A DNA stretch of 64,000 nt, taken from Bdellovibrionales bacterium. Lineage in GTDB: Bacteria > Bdellovibrionota > Bdellovibrionia > Bdellovibrionales > UBA1609. The first letter of the stretch is position 1. Each line of letters opens with the position of its first letter. The notes under the pieces were generated by a model, which did not search any database, was not told the origin of the DNA, and saw only the letters and a program-made list of their open reading frames with translations. The translations under genes were made by a program, and so were the position numbers. Positions 1 to 10,216 of the stretch are shown piece by piece. The DNA is taken from the NCBI GenBank assembly GCA_041690295.1, contig JAWLHR010000003.1, positions 158,305 through 222,304 on the forward strand, in the 5' to 3' direction.

Positions 1-231
1 ATCGTCCGCCCAACCACGGAATAATGTTTGGCAGAGATGAGTGTGGGCCTGAATCAAACCGGGTATGACAAAACCGTTTTGAGCATCGACGATCGTTTCG
101 CCGGCCCGCGGTTGCAGATGCGGCGCGATCTCCGCGATCGTCCCGTCCTTCAGGCGGATATCGCCGTGAACGATTTCCCGCTTTTTGTTCATGGTGACGA
201 TCACGCCACCTTGGATCAAAACCGAACTCAT
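1..231 (-). CDS. Metal-dependent amidohydrolase (MTA/SAH or 5'-deoxyadenosine deaminase-like), N-terminal part, runs off the window
   Basis: My translation from ATG 231 is MSSVLIQGGVIVTMN...VIPGLIQAHTHLCQTLFRGWADD, with the HxH metal motif. ATGA overlap with the PNP stop. Not in the ORF track. Confidence 0.8.
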   Translation of the reverse strand, partial: MSSVLIQGGVIVTMNKKREIVHGDIRLKDGTIAEIAPHLQPRAGETIVDAQNGFVIPGLIQAHTHLCQTLFRGWADD

Positions 232-1052
232 AAAACGGACTTCAACTTTTTAACAAAATTCACAAGTGCGCGCGCGAAAACTTTTTCAACCTTTTGCGCG
301 ACCTCTTTCACTTCCTCGTGATTTAACTTGTGGCGGGTCAATCCGGTGCCCAGATTGGTGATGCAGCTCAGACCCGCCACGCGAAGACCCGCGTGTCGCG
401 CGGCGATCACTTCCGCTACCGTGGACATGCCCACGGCCCCACCGCCGATTTTACTGTAGAATTGAATTTCGGCGGCGGTTTCATAGGTCGGACCCATCAC
501 GCCCACATAAACTCCTTCGAAGACCCGGGCTTTCTCGGAACGAAAAGAATCCTTCAGCATTTTCCGCAAATTTTTGTCATAAGGATCGGTCATGTCCACG
601 AACCGAGGACCCCGCTCCCAATTGGGCCCGCGCAACGGGTTGCATCCGGTGAGGTTGATATGGTCTTTGATCACCATGAAATCGCCCGGTTTCATCACCC
701 GCTTCAAACCGCCGGCGGCGTTGGTGACGACCAGGTTTTCGATCCCCAGCTTGGCCAAAGCTCGCACGGGATAAATCACATCACTGTAATCATGTCCTTC
801 ATAGGCATGTAAGCGGCCTTGCATGACCGCCACTTCAATTCCAGCAAGGCGACCAAGAACCAATCGCCCGGGATGACCAGACACGGACGTTTTGGCGAAA
901 TGCGGGAGGTCGTTGAATGGAATGGAAACTGGATTTTCAATTTGGTCGGCGAAGTTGGCGAGCCCCGAACCCAATATAAATCCCAGGCGCGGTGAATGGT
1001 CGGACTTCTGGCGAATGTGACGAACGGTTTCTTCGAGCTTTTGGTCGATCAT
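228..1052 (-). CDS. punA: Purine-nucleoside phosphorylase (trimeric type)
   Basis: ILGSGL, GRLHAYEG, VTNAAGG, GPTYET and VGMSTV motifs. Confidence 0.93.
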   Translation of the reverse strand: MIDQKLEETVRHIRQKSDHSPRLGFILGSGLANFADQIENPVSIPFNDLPHFAKTSVSGHPGRLVLGRLAGIEVAVMQGRLHAYEGHDYSDVIYPVRALAKLGIENLVVTNAAGGLKRVMKPGDFMVIKDHINLTGCNPLRGPNWERGPRFVDMTDPYDKNLRKMLKDSFRSEKARVFEGVYVGVMGPTYETAAEIQFYSKIGGGAVGMSTVAEVIAARHAGLRVAGLSCITNLGTGLTRHKLNHEEVKEVAQKVEKVFARALVNFVKKLKSVL

Positions 1053-2362
1053 GTGATTACCTTCGCGATGAGCGGTGCGGCGGCGCTCGGTTGATGCTCG
1101 ATCACATAACTATTTTCAATTTCGTTAAGCGCGAGATTCAATCCGTGATCCAGATTGTAATGAATATCCATGAGCCGATCACCCGTCTTCACCGGAGCTC
1201 CATTCTGGCAGTACACTTCAATTCCCGCCGCGTGATCGATGGGATCTCCCTTTAAGCGGCGACCGGCGCCCAGATGAATACAGGCGTTCCCAACTCGTTC
1301 AAGATCGGTAAAGCGGAAATAACCATCGCGCTTCGCGGTGATCGTGTGGACTTTTTTGGCCACGGGAAATGATTCTGGAAGGCGTCCGTTTTGGGCCTGA
1401 CAAAGCTCTTCGAATTTGCGCAACGCCGATCCGTTATTCACCAGATCGCGCGCCAGTAAGCGGGCTTCTTCCAAATTCTGGGATTTTCCGCCGAGGTGGA
1501 TCATGTGAGCGGACAATTCCAAACTCAGTTCCAGCGTGTCGGAGTAATCCTTGCCGGGCGCGGAACTTTTATGGCCCTTTAAGATGTCCAGACATTCGCG
1601 CACTTCCAATACGTTGCCGACAAAGCGGCCGAGCGGTTCATCCATGCGGGTCAGGAACACGGCGATTTTTTTGCCAAAGCCTTCGCCGACCTCTTTCAAG
1701 CTTCGCGCGAGCGCCTCGGCCTCGGGCAGAGTTTTCATGAAGGCGCCGGATCCGAATTTCACGTCGAGAACCAGAGCGGAGATGCCTTCCGCCAGTTTTT
1801 TAGAGAGAATGCTCCCGCAGATCAGAGGGATGGACTCCACAGTGCCGGTCACATCGCGAAGCGCGTAGAGTTTGCGGTCCGCCGGACAAATTTCTTCACT
1901 CTGTCCGATGATGGCTGTTCCCACGGTCTCCAACTGCTTAATAAATCTCTCCGTCGACAATTGAACTTGAAAACCGGGAATGCTTTCGAGTTTGTCCAAG
2001 GTGCCGCCGGTGAAAGCCAGGGCGCGACCCGCCATCATCGGCACCGGAACGCCCGCCGCCGCGACCAAAGGGGCGATGATTAAACTGGTTTTATCGCCGA
2101 TGCCCCCGGTGCTGTGTTTGTCAACCGGTGATGGAAACCGGCTCAAATCCAGCACCACGCCGGAGTCACGCATCTCCTGAGTCAGCCAGACTGTTTCTTC
2201 CATTGAAAGTCCGCGCCAGCAAACCGCCATCAACCAGGCGGCCATCTGATAATCCGGAATGCGGTTCTGCGTGAATTCACGGATCAAAAATTGAACTTCT
2301 TTTTGATCGTGGCGGCCGCCATCGCGTTTTTTGCGAATCAGCGCGGCGGGAATAAAGGTCAT
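1049..2362 (-). CDS. pdp: Pyrimidine-nucleoside/thymidine phosphorylase
   Basis: DKHSTGGIGDK, GGTLDKLESIPG, SKKLAEG and DVKFGSGAFM motifs. Confidence 0.93.
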   Translation of the reverse strand: MTFIPAALIRKKRDGGRHDQKEVQFLIREFTQNRIPDYQMAAWLMAVCWRGLSMEETVWLTQEMRDSGVVLDLSRFPSPVDKHSTGGIGDKTSLIIAPLVAAAGVPVPMMAGRALAFTGGTLDKLESIPGFQVQLSTERFIKQLETVGTAIIGQSEEICPADRKLYALRDVTGTVESIPLICGSILSKKLAEGISALVLDVKFGSGAFMKTLPEAEALARSLKEVGEGFGKKIAVFLTRMDEPLGRFVGNVLEVRECLDILKGHKSSAPGKDYSDTLELSLELSAHMIHLGGKSQNLEEARLLARDLVNNGSALRKFEELCQAQNGRLPESFPVAKKVHTITAKRDGYFRFTDLERVGNACIHLGAGRRLKGDPIDHAAGIEVYCQNGAPVKTGDRLMDIHYNLDHGLNLALNEIENSYVIEHQPSAAAPLIAKVIT

Positions 2363-3042
2363 CGATGCAAACCCTCCTGAACGGCTTGATTCATGATGTG
2401 AACACCCGAGCTGGTGCCGATGCGAGTGGCGCCGGCGTCAACCATCTTCATTAACGTGGCCAGATCGCGAACGCCTCCGCTGGCCTTCACGCCGATGCGC
2501 TCGCTGACCGATTTCCGCATCAAACTCACCCACTCCGTTGTCGCGCCATCCGGACCGAACCCCGTTGAGGTTTTAACGAAATCCGCGCCCGCGTCCTCAC
2601 AGATCTTGCAGCCTTCGATGATCTCCTGGCGGGTGAGGAAACAAGTTTCCAATATGACTTTCATTACGCGGTCGCGCGCGGCCTTACGAACATTAGTCAG
2701 TTCGTCCGCGATCAATCGCCAGTTTCCGTCGCGGGCGGCGCCGATATTAATCACCACGTCGATCTCATGCGCCCCATCGGCGAGCGCGCGGACCGTCTCA
2801 AGCGTTTTGATTTCCATTCGATTGGCGCCAAGTGGAAAGCCGATCACGGTGCCGACTTTCACCGGCGTGTCCTTGAGATGCTGAGCCGCCTGGGCCACGC
2901 GATAGGGTTCCACGCAAACCGAGGCGAAGTTAAATTGCGCGGCCTCCAGGCAGAGTTTTTCAATTTCTTCTTGTTTGGCGTCCGGTTTGAGTAAGGTGTG
3001 ATCAATCAGAGCGGCGAGCGCGCTTTGCGTTAGGCGGAGCAT
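2359..3042 (-). CDS. deoC: Deoxyribose-phosphate aldolase
   Basis: IDHTLLKP, GFPLGA, KVILET, KTSTGF, KASGGVR and RIGTSS motifs. Confidence 0.96.
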   Translation of the reverse strand: MLRLTQSALAALIDHTLLKPDAKQEEIEKLCLEAAQFNFASVCVEPYRVAQAAQHLKDTPVKVGTVIGFPLGANRMEIKTLETVRALADGAHEIDVVINIGAARDGNWRLIADELTNVRKAARDRVMKVILETCFLTRQEIIEGCKICEDAGADFVKTSTGFGPDGATTEWVSLMRKSVSERIGVKASGGVRDLATLMKMVDAGATRIGTSSGVHIMNQAVQEGLHR

Positions 3043-3084
3043 AAAGTCCTTTCCAAACTACCTTGGTCATCCTACCTTTGTAAA

Positions 3085-3384
3085 ATGGAGGATCAAACCA
3101 AACACTACTTGATTTCAGGAAGAGTGCAAGGTGTGGGATTTCGAATGTTTGTTCACTCCAGAGCACGGGAGCTTGGCCTGAAGGGGTGGGTCCGCAATTT
3201 GGCTGACGGACGAGTCGAAGCCGTCGCCCGCGGTTCCGCTGATCAATTGAAGCCATTTGAAAACGCCATCAGGACAGGTCCCTCGCGCGCCATCGTCGAA
3301 AGCGTGGTGACCGCCGATTGGAATCAATCATCCGAGTTCGCGGATTTCACCGTGGAGAGAGACGGAGCCGAACCATGTTCATAA
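3085..3384 (+). CDS. acyP: Acylphosphatase
   Basis: GRVQGVGFR and GWVRN motifs. Confidence 0.95.
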   Translation: MEDQTKHYLISGRVQGVGFRMFVHSRARELGLKGWVRNLADGRVEAVARGSADQLKPFENAIRTGPSRAIVESVVTADWNQSSEFADFTVERDGAEPCS

Positions 3385-3758
3385 GAAGTTTTTTAATTAT
3401 TCTGGCAATCACTGTGGCGATCGGTTCCGTTCCGGCGTTCGCGCAGCGGACCGACAAAGCCAACCAATCCGTCTCGCAAGGGCCCCGCCGCCACTTGGCG
3501 AATATCGTTTTCGCGGGTCTTGCCGGCGCGGTGCTGGGACTATCCACATTGAGCTTTTACGGACGTCCGCAGGATCGCTTGTCGAATATCGCGGTGGGTT
3601 TCGCCGTGGGCGTGATCGCGGGAACGCTTTATTCCACCTACAAAGCGGCGGCAGAACCGAGGGAATTTTACGGGCTCTCGCAGCTGAACATGACTCATCC
3701 GCTCTTATTCACCGATCAAAACCCGGTTCCGCAAGCGCGGTTCACATTCGAGTTCTAA
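3375..3758 (+). CDS. Hypothetical membrane protein
   Basis: ATG 3375 overlaps the acyP end. Signal peptide plus two glycine-rich hydrophobic helices. Confidence 0.7.
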   Translation: MFIRSFLIILAITVAIGSVPAFAQRTDKANQSVSQGPRRHLANIVFAGLAGAVLGLSTLSFYGRPQDRLSNIAVGFAVGVIAGTLYSTYKAAAEPREFYGLSQLNMTHPLLFTDQNPVPQARFTFEF

Positions 3759-3760
3759 GA

Positions 3761-4960
3761 TTATTTGATTTTTCTAATCAGATTGCCGGCGATGCCACCG
3801 CCCGCCGCCGGTTTGGCCGATGATTTATCATCGACGCCGTGGATGACCAAACCGCTGTCTTTAGCGATGCCCGCCACCTTCACGGTATTGGCTGGAGTCT
3901 GGTTGGCGTTGAAGGTCGCCTCTTTCTTTTGTTTTTTCCCCAGGAAAGTATCGGCGACGAGTTTGTCGATTTTGCCTTCTTGCACCAATTTGTTCAGGTG
4001 AAATTCGAAGGTCATCATTCCCATATCCATTTGCGTTTGCATGATGGACGGAATCTGGTGGGTCTTCGACTCGCGAATCAAGTTGGCGACGGCGTGGGTG
4101 TTGGTCAACACTTCATAAGCCGCGACCCGACCCGGTTTGTCGACGCGGGGAAAGAGTGATTGCGCGATCACGCCGCGCAAACTTTCCGACAGCATGGTTC
4201 GGACCTGAGCTTGTTGTGACTGCGGGAAAACGTCGATGATACGATCCACGGTTTTGGGAGCGTTGTTGGTGTGAAGAGTTCCAAACACCAAGTGTCCGGT
4301 TTCAGCGGCGGTCATCGCGAGCTGAATCGTCTCCAAGTCACGCAACTCACCCACAAGGATGATGTCGGGGTCTTCACGAAGCGCGGCTTTCAGCGCGTTC
4401 GCGAAGGATTTGGTGTGGCTGCTGACCTCACGCTGATTGATGAGCGACATTTTGTTTTCGTGAACGAACTCGATCGGATCTTCAATGGTGATGATGTGTT
4501 CTTTTCTCGAAGTATTGATCTCGTGGATCAAGGCCGCGAGTGTGGTCGATTTACCGGATCCGGTGGGGCCGGTCACCAGCACCAAGCCTCGGGGCGTGTC
4601 AATCATGTCCAGAATCATCGAGGGAAGGTTCAATTCCTTGGCGCTTTTGATGTTCTCGGGAATCACCCGAAAGACGCCGCCCATACCTCGTCGTTGCATG
4701 AACACGTTCACCCTGAAGCGTCCCAACCCTTTGACATGGTAGGAAGTATCGAGCTCCCACTGCTCCATGAACGAGCGTTTTTGTTTTTCGGTGATGATTT
4801 CAAATATCAATGCTTGGATGGCTTCGTTTTCCAGTGCCGGCATATTCAAGGCCACCATTTCGCCGTGAATACGGAAATAGGGTTGGCTTCCGGCGGAGAG
4901 GTGCATGTCAGAAGCGCTTTTCTCGATCATCAGCTTGAACAATTTATCAATCTCAGCCAT
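3761..4960 (-). CDS. pilT: Type IV pilus retraction ATPase with C-terminal extension
   Basis: ASDMHL, Walker A GPTGSGKS, EDPIE, LREDPDIILVGELRD, GTLHT and AVANLIRE motifs. Confidence 0.92.
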   Translation of the reverse strand: MAEIDKLFKLMIEKSASDMHLSAGSQPYFRIHGEMVALNMPALENEAIQALIFEIITEKQKRSFMEQWELDTSYHVKGLGRFRVNVFMQRRGMGGVFRVIPENIKSAKELNLPSMILDMIDTPRGLVLVTGPTGSGKSTTLAALIHEINTSRKEHIITIEDPIEFVHENKMSLINQREVSSHTKSFANALKAALREDPDIILVGELRDLETIQLAMTAAETGHLVFGTLHTNNAPKTVDRIIDVFPQSQQAQVRTMLSESLRGVIAQSLFPRVDKPGRVAAYEVLTNTHAVANLIRESKTHQIPSIMQTQMDMGMMTFEFHLNKLVQEGKIDKLVADTFLGKKQKKEATFNANQTPANTVKVAGIAKDSGLVIHGVDDKSSAKPAAGGGIAGNLIRKIK

Positions 4961-5039
4961 GTCAATTTATTCGGATTATTGGCCTGTGCCCTTGAACGCG
5001 GAGCTTGTGGCTGGACCTAAGTTTGGATAAACTTGGGCG

Positions 5040-6563
5040 ATGGCCGCAGAAATCTTAATCAATGCCCGCCCCAATCTCACCCGCGTGGCCTACATCCAAG
5101 ATGGCGAGCTGAACGACCTTAAAATCGAACGCAAAGGGTCTCCGACCTTGGTCGGGTCCATTTATCGAGGGCGCGTGGTTCGCGTACTGCCGGGAATGCA
5201 GGCGGCTTTCGTGGATATCGGTCTGGATCGTGCGGCGTTCCTCTATGTCGCCGACGTGCGCACCGACCTTGAGTCGGGACCACGTCTGTATCTGGATCAC
5301 GACGAAGACGAAAACTCCACCTTGAACGAAAAAGAGGAAACCCATCAGGCCCATATCCAGGATCTGCTGCATGAGGGCCAGATCATCATGGTGCAGGTCG
5401 CGAAAGACCCGTTGGGCACCAAAGGCGCCAGGATCACCACGCACATCTCGCTTGCGGGCCGTCATCTCGTTTACATGCCCACCATCGACCATCTTGGAAT
5501 TTCACGCCGGATCGAAAACGAACAGGAGCGTGAGCGATTGAAGAAACTGGTCGAGCAATTGAAGCCGAAGGGCGGTGTGATCATTCGCACGGCCTGCGAG
5601 GGCGCGAGTCTCGAGGACTTGAGCAATGACCTCGATTATCTCAACCGGATGTGGACCGAGATCGAAAAATCATTCGAAAAGAAAAAATCACCGGGTTTAA
5701 TTCACGCCGAGATCGACGTGGAGTTGCGGGCGCTCCGTGATCTTCTCAATGAGAAGGTGACCCGGGTGATCGTGGATGATCAAAAGGTTCATAAGAAAGT
5801 GCTGAACTTCATCAATCAGTTCATGCCCAAGCACAGCAAAGCCGTGATCCTGCACACCGGACCGGAGCCGCTGTTTGATCTTTATGACCTTGATTTGGAG
5901 ATTTCCCGATCACTGGACCGGAAAATCTGGCTGAAATCCGGTGGCTATATCGTGATTGATGAAGCCGAAGCGTTGGTGGTTATCGACGTCAACACGGGTC
6001 GATTCGTCGGCAAAAAGGACCTTGAGGACACCATTCTCAAGACGAATCTTGAGGCCGTGAAAGAGATCGCCCACCAGCTGAAAATCCGAAATTGCGGCGG
6101 CATCATCATCATTGATTTCATCGATATGGAAAAAGCCGTGCATCGGGAGAAGGTTTTGTCCCAGCTTCAGCAGGAGCTGGCCAACGACATCGCCAAGACC
6201 ACGGTGGTTTCGATGTCCGAGCTGGGGCTGGTGGAGATGACCCGGAAGCGGATTAGACCCAGCCTTGTTTCCTCGCTTTGCGAGCCTTGCACCTATTGTG
6301 AGGGCAAGGGTTATATCAAGCGAAGAAGTACGGTTGCGCAGGAAATATTCGTGGCCCTCGAGCGCGAAGTTTTAAGGGGTAACGGCAAGGACGGCGCGAG
6401 CGCGATCGTGCGCTGCCATAGCGCGGTCGCGGATTGGATTTACGAGGAAGAGCAGGAGTCACTGGAAGCCATCGAAGCGAAAATCCAAAGGCGCGTCGTC
6501 TTCAAAGTCGAGCCCAACTACCACATTGAACAGTTCGAAATTGATCGAACGATCTCTTCTTAG
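5040..6563 (+). CDS. rng: Ribonuclease G (Rne/Rng family)
   Basis: S1 domain PGMQAAFVDIG, DVNTG, GGIIIIDFIDM and Zn-link CTYCEGKG. Confidence 0.93.
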   Translation: MAAEILINARPNLTRVAYIQDGELNDLKIERKGSPTLVGSIYRGRVVRVLPGMQAAFVDIGLDRAAFLYVADVRTDLESGPRLYLDHDEDENSTLNEKEETHQAHIQDLLHEGQIIMVQVAKDPLGTKGARITTHISLAGRHLVYMPTIDHLGISRRIENEQERERLKKLVEQLKPKGGVIIRTACEGASLEDLSNDLDYLNRMWTEIEKSFEKKKSPGLIHAEIDVELRALRDLLNEKVTRVIVDDQKVHKKVLNFINQFMPKHSKAVILHTGPEPLFDLYDLDLEISRSLDRKIWLKSGGYIVIDEAEALVVIDVNTGRFVGKKDLEDTILKTNLEAVKEIAHQLKIRNCGGIIIIDFIDMEKAVHREKVLSQLQQELANDIAKTTVVSMSELGLVEMTRKRIRPSLVSSLCEPCTYCEGKGYIKRRSTVAQEIFVALEREVLRGNGKDGASAIVRCHSAVADWIYEEEQESLEAIEAKIQRRVVFKVEPNYHIEQFEIDRTISS

Positions 6564-7048
6564 TAAGCCCGCTCCAGCGGTTCCGGCTGTCCTTCGAGCT
6601 TCAATTGATCCTCGTGTAAACTGTATTTGAGCGCGTGAATCTCCTCACCTAACGAAGCCTCGCATTCGACTTGATTTTGCTCATTGGTGATGGATTGGGG
6701 TTCAAGAAACGAAATCTTGCCGGAGGTCACCTCAACCTTGGTTTCGACGAAGGCGGAAGCCCGGCGCTGACCGTCCTTGGAGGTGCACTCGGTTAAGAGC
6801 CCGGCCTTATCTTTGCCGAAAAAGAAGGTGTAGCGGACGCTTTCTTCTCCGGACACCTGAACCGGGACACGCCAGGCTCCAAAGACCGATTTGGCCGATT
6901 TGGGGTAGGCATTTTTATAGTCGTCGACGGTCGCGACGGGCTCTGGGGGCGGCGTCGGGGCGGCTTTGGCGGAATCCCCTGATTTTTTGCACCCCGCCAG
7001 CAGGCCTACGGCTAAGGTCAAACCAACGATCAAAATGCGATTTGTCAT
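6560..7048 (-). CDS. Hypothetical lipoprotein
   Basis: Lipobox LLAGC followed by a Pro-rich linker. Confidence 0.75.
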   Translation of the reverse strand: MTNRILIVGLTLAVGLLAGCKKSGDSAKAAPTPPPEPVATVDDYKNAYPKSAKSVFGAWRVPVQVSGEESVRYTFFFGKDKAGLLTECTSKDGQRRASAFVETKVEVTSGKISFLEPQSITNEQNQVECEASLGEEIHALKYSLHEDQLKLEGQPEPLERAY

Positions 7049-7279
7049 ATATCTATCCCCCTTCGGGCATACCCCTAACCAGCGAAAATCATTCCATACC
7101 GCTCTCAGCTTAAAATGGCCTAAAATGGGGGTTCAGCGGCTTAATTTGTCACCTTGTCAGTGGGCGTTGCCGTTTTACGTAAGCCGCTAAAGCCAAGGGT
7201 TTAGAGGCTTGACACCCTAAGGCGTAGCATGGCAATCAGGTCTATTCCATTTTACGACAAGGCTCTGGAGGTATCCCAA

Positions 7280-7852
7280 ATGTACGCCATCATCAAAACG
7301 GGCGGTAAACAATACACCGTCAAACCCGGCGATATCGTTCGCGTTGAGAAATTAGATGCCGAGTTGGGGGCGGAATTAAACCTCAAGGACGTCTTGTTGG
7401 TCGGCGGTGAAAAAACTTATGTCGGCGAGAACATGGGAAATGCGGTGGTCACGGTGGTCGTCACCAATCAAGCCCGCGGACCCAAGGTTGTGATCTTCAA
7501 AAAGAAGCGCCGTCAAGGGTATCGCCGCACGGGTGGACATCGCCAGCCGTACACTGAGCTTTTCGTGAAGTCGATCACGACCCCGGAAGGTCAGACGGAA
7601 AAAGCGGACTCCACGCCGGTGGTTTTCGATCCGGAAAAGAAAGCCGCGAAGAAAGCCAAGGCACAAGAAGTTCGCATGGCGAAAAAGGAGCGAAAGAACA
7701 AAGGTGAAACGGTGGAAGCCGCCGAACCCAAGGCGAAAAAAGCTTCCCCCAAAGCCAAAAAAGCGGCTGGCAAAAAAGCGGCGAGCGCCAAGCGCAAGAC
7801 CGCGAAGAAGCCGGCGGCGAAAAAGGCCGGAGCCAAGAAGGCCAAAAAGTAA
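7280..7852 (+). CDS. rplU: 50S ribosomal protein L21 with long Lys/Ala-rich tail
   Basis: MYAIIKTGGKQY and KKKRRQGYRRTGGHRQPYT. SD GGAGG upstream of ATG 7280. Confidence 0.96.
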   Translation: MYAIIKTGGKQYTVKPGDIVRVEKLDAELGAELNLKDVLLVGGEKTYVGENMGNAVVTVVVTNQARGPKVVIFKKKRRQGYRRTGGHRQPYTELFVKSITTPEGQTEKADSTPVVFDPEKKAAKKAKAQEVRMAKKERKNKGETVEAAEPKAKKASPKAKKAAGKKAASAKRKTAKKPAAKKAGAKKAKK

Positions 7853-7869
7853 TCGGTAAGAGGTGAAGA

Positions 7870-8130
7870 ATGGCATCAAAAAAAGCAGCAGGTAGTACAA
7901 AGAACGGACGGGACTCACAGAGTAAACGCCTCGGCGTTAAGCGATTCGGCGGACAGTTGGTTCGTCCCGGCACGATTTTGGTTCGCCAGCGCGGCACCAA
8001 ATTTTATGTCGGCCGCAATGTTCGCATGGGACGGGATCACACGATTTATTCGGTGATTGAAGGTCAGGTTAAATTCGAGCGCCTTAACAAAAGTAAGTTT
8101 AAGGTAAGTGTTTATCCGAAAGCCTCGTAA
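7870..8130 (+). CDS. rpmA: 50S ribosomal protein L27
   Basis: [24 protein letters not shown] and VRQRGTK. Confidence 0.98.
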   Translation: MASKKAAGSTKNGRDSQSKRLGVKRFGGQLVRPGTILVRQRGTKFYVGRNVRMGRDHTIYSVIEGQVKFERLNKSKFKVSVYPKAS

Positions 8131-8163
8131 TTTTGAATTCTTCAGCAGGTTCAGGTTTCGCGC

Positions 8164-8196
8164 AAAGCCCAGTCCGTCCGATTGGGCTTTTCTTTT
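8164..8196 (+). terminator. Intrinsic terminator/attenuator between rpmA and obgE
   Basis: Stem AAAGCCCAGTC / GATTGGGCTTT followed by TCTTTT. Confidence 0.7.
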
Positions 8197-8205
8197 ATTA
8201 AGCCT

Positions 8206-9231
8206 ATGAAGTTCATAGATGAAGTCACCATCACAGTGAGTTCGGGAAAAGGTGGGCCGGGAGCGGTGAGCTTTCGTCGCGAGGCACTCGTTCCGCGTGG
8301 CGGACCCGATGGTGGCGACGGCGGTAAAGGCGGCGATGTCATAGTCAAAGTGGATCCGCGACTTCATTCCCTGCTTGATCTTCGATTCAAAAAGGAATAT
8401 CGCGCCGGCGATGGTGAGCCCGGGCAGGGTCGTAACCGATCGGGCAAGGATGGCGATGATCTTGTGCTGAATGTGCCGCCGGGAACCGTCATCAAAACCA
8501 AAGACGGTCAGATCTTGCATGATCTGGCTGAAGGCCAAACTGTCGTTCTTTTGGAAGGGGGATTGGGCGGCAAGGGAAACACCTTTTATAAGTCAAGTGT
8601 GAATCAGGCGCCGACCATCGCGCAAAAGGGCCTGCCCGGCAAGGAAATGGAAATCCGCCTTGAACTCAAGCTTCTAGCGGATGTGGGACTCATCGGACTG
8701 CCCAATGCCGGCAAGAGCACCCTTATTTCGCGCATGTCATCGGCCCGACCCAAAATCGCTGACTATCCGTTCACCACGCTTGTGCCGAATCTCGGGGTGG
8801 TTCGATTCGCCGATAATCTTTCCTTTGTGGTGGCCGATATTCCCGGATTGATTGAAGGTGCGCACGCGGGCGCCGGACTGGGCATACAATTTCTTAAGCA
8901 CGTCGAGCGTTGTCGGGTGCTGGTCCACCTGGTTGACGCCAGTTCGATGGCGACCAAAGATCCGATCGAGGCTTATCACGAGATCCGCCGCGAATTGGAA
9001 CTCTATGATGAATCCAAAAAGGACGAAGAAGGATATCAACCGTTATCCACACGGCCCGAAATTATCGTCTTGAACAAGATTGACGCGAACTCCGAAGAGA
9101 ACCTCACTGTCATTCGAAAGCAGTTTAAATCCAAGGGACTTCAGTTTTTTGAAATATCAGCCGCCACTGGCAAGAATGTTAAACAATTAATCGATGAGCT
9201 CGGTCGGAGAATATTCAATGAAAAAGCTTAA
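8206..9231 (+). CDS. obgE: GTPase ObgE
   Basis: MKFIDEV, GGPDGGDGGKGG, GLPNAGKS, YPFTT, DIPG and NKID motifs. Confidence 0.97.
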   Translation: MKFIDEVTITVSSGKGGPGAVSFRREALVPRGGPDGGDGGKGGDVIVKVDPRLHSLLDLRFKKEYRAGDGEPGQGRNRSGKDGDDLVLNVPPGTVIKTKDGQILHDLAEGQTVVLLEGGLGGKGNTFYKSSVNQAPTIAQKGLPGKEMEIRLELKLLADVGLIGLPNAGKSTLISRMSSARPKIADYPFTTLVPNLGVVRFADNLSFVVADIPGLIEGAHAGAGLGIQFLKHVERCRVLVHLVDASSMATKDPIEAYHEIRRELELYDESKKDEEGYQPLSTRPEIIVLNKIDANSEENLTVIRKQFKSKGLQFFEISAATGKNVKQLIDELGRRIFNEKA

Positions 9232-10216
9232 GCTCGGTTTGTTCGGAGGGACCTTCGATCCGTTGCATTTCGGACATTTGAACAGCATGCTCACTGTGGC
9301 CGAAAAATTCCGCCTCGATAAAGTCATGGCGATTCCGGCCAATATCAGTCCGCTGAGAGTGCAAACCCAGGGTTCCACTCCTGAACAGCGGCTCAAGATG
9401 CTGGAACTCGGGATCAAAGGGCACGAAGACTTGATCACCATCGACACCCAGGAAATGGAGCGCGGTGGGATCAGTTTCACCATCGACACCGTTCGCAACT
9501 ACTTATCCCGTGATGACATCGCCGAATTGTATCTGATTATCGGAATGGATCAGTTTCTTAAGTTCGACCAGTGGAAGGAGTTCGACCAGATACTGGCCAA
9601 TGTCGATCTCGTCGTCACTTCGCGACCGGGTCTTGAATTACCGCAAACTATGGATGACTGGCCGGTCGCGGTTCGCGCCCTGGTGGCGGATGTGGATCGC
9701 AACCAAGCCATGCTGAAGAATGGGAAGAGCATTCACTTTGTCCAACTTAATGATGTCGATGTCTCAGCCAGTGAAGTGCGAAGAAAGGTGCGGCTCGGAC
9801 AAAGTATCCAAACGGATGTTCCTCCGGCGGTGGCCGAATACATCCGCGAACAAAAACTTTATGAGTCCGTGCAACAAAGTATCGGCGACTTTGAAAAGTT
9901 CACGCAGTATTGCGCTCAGCTTTTGACTGAAAAAGGCGGCGTGAACGTCCAGTCTTTTGATTTGCGTGACCGCTCGGCACCGTCCGAATTCACCCTTATC
10001 GCTTCGGGCACCAGTACCCGTCATGCCACCGCTTTGGCCGAACATGTGATTAAGGAAGTTAAGAAAGACTACGGCGTGTGGCCTGAAAGTTTGGAAGGGC
10101 AAAACGAAGGCCGCTGGGTGGTGATTGATTACGGCGCTCTGATCATTCATGTGTTTTACGATTATGTTCGCAGTGAGTACCGCCTTGAGGAACTTTGGAG
10201 TTACCGGAGGCAATGA
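9218..10216 (+). CDS. nadD: Fusion of nicotinate-nucleotide adenylyltransferase NadD and ribosome silencing factor RsfS
   Basis: N-terminal GGTFDPLHFGH, FTIDTV and VSASEVR. C-terminal IASGTSTRH...WVVIDYGALIIHVF...YRLEELW. One continuous frame. Confidence 0.9.
   Translation: MKKLKLGLFGGTFDPLHFGHLNSMLTVAEKFRLDKVMAIPANISPLRVQTQGSTPEQRLKMLELGIKGHEDLITIDTQEMERGGISFTIDTVRNYLSRDDIAELYLIIGMDQFLKFDQWKEFDQILANVDLVVTSRPGLELPQTMDDWPVAVRALVADVDRNQAMLKNGKSIHFVQLNDVDVSASEVRRKVRLGQSIQTDVPPAVAEYIREQKLYESVQQSIGDFEKFTQYCAQLLTEKGGVNVQSFDLRDRSAPSEFTLIASGTSTRHATALAEHVIKEVKKDYGVWPESLEGQNEGRWVVIDYGALIIHVFYDYVRSEYRLEELWSYRRQ

Noticed and set aside
7209..7237. TTGACA upstream of rplU
   Set aside because: No convincing -10 element at proper spacing, so it was not called as a promoter.
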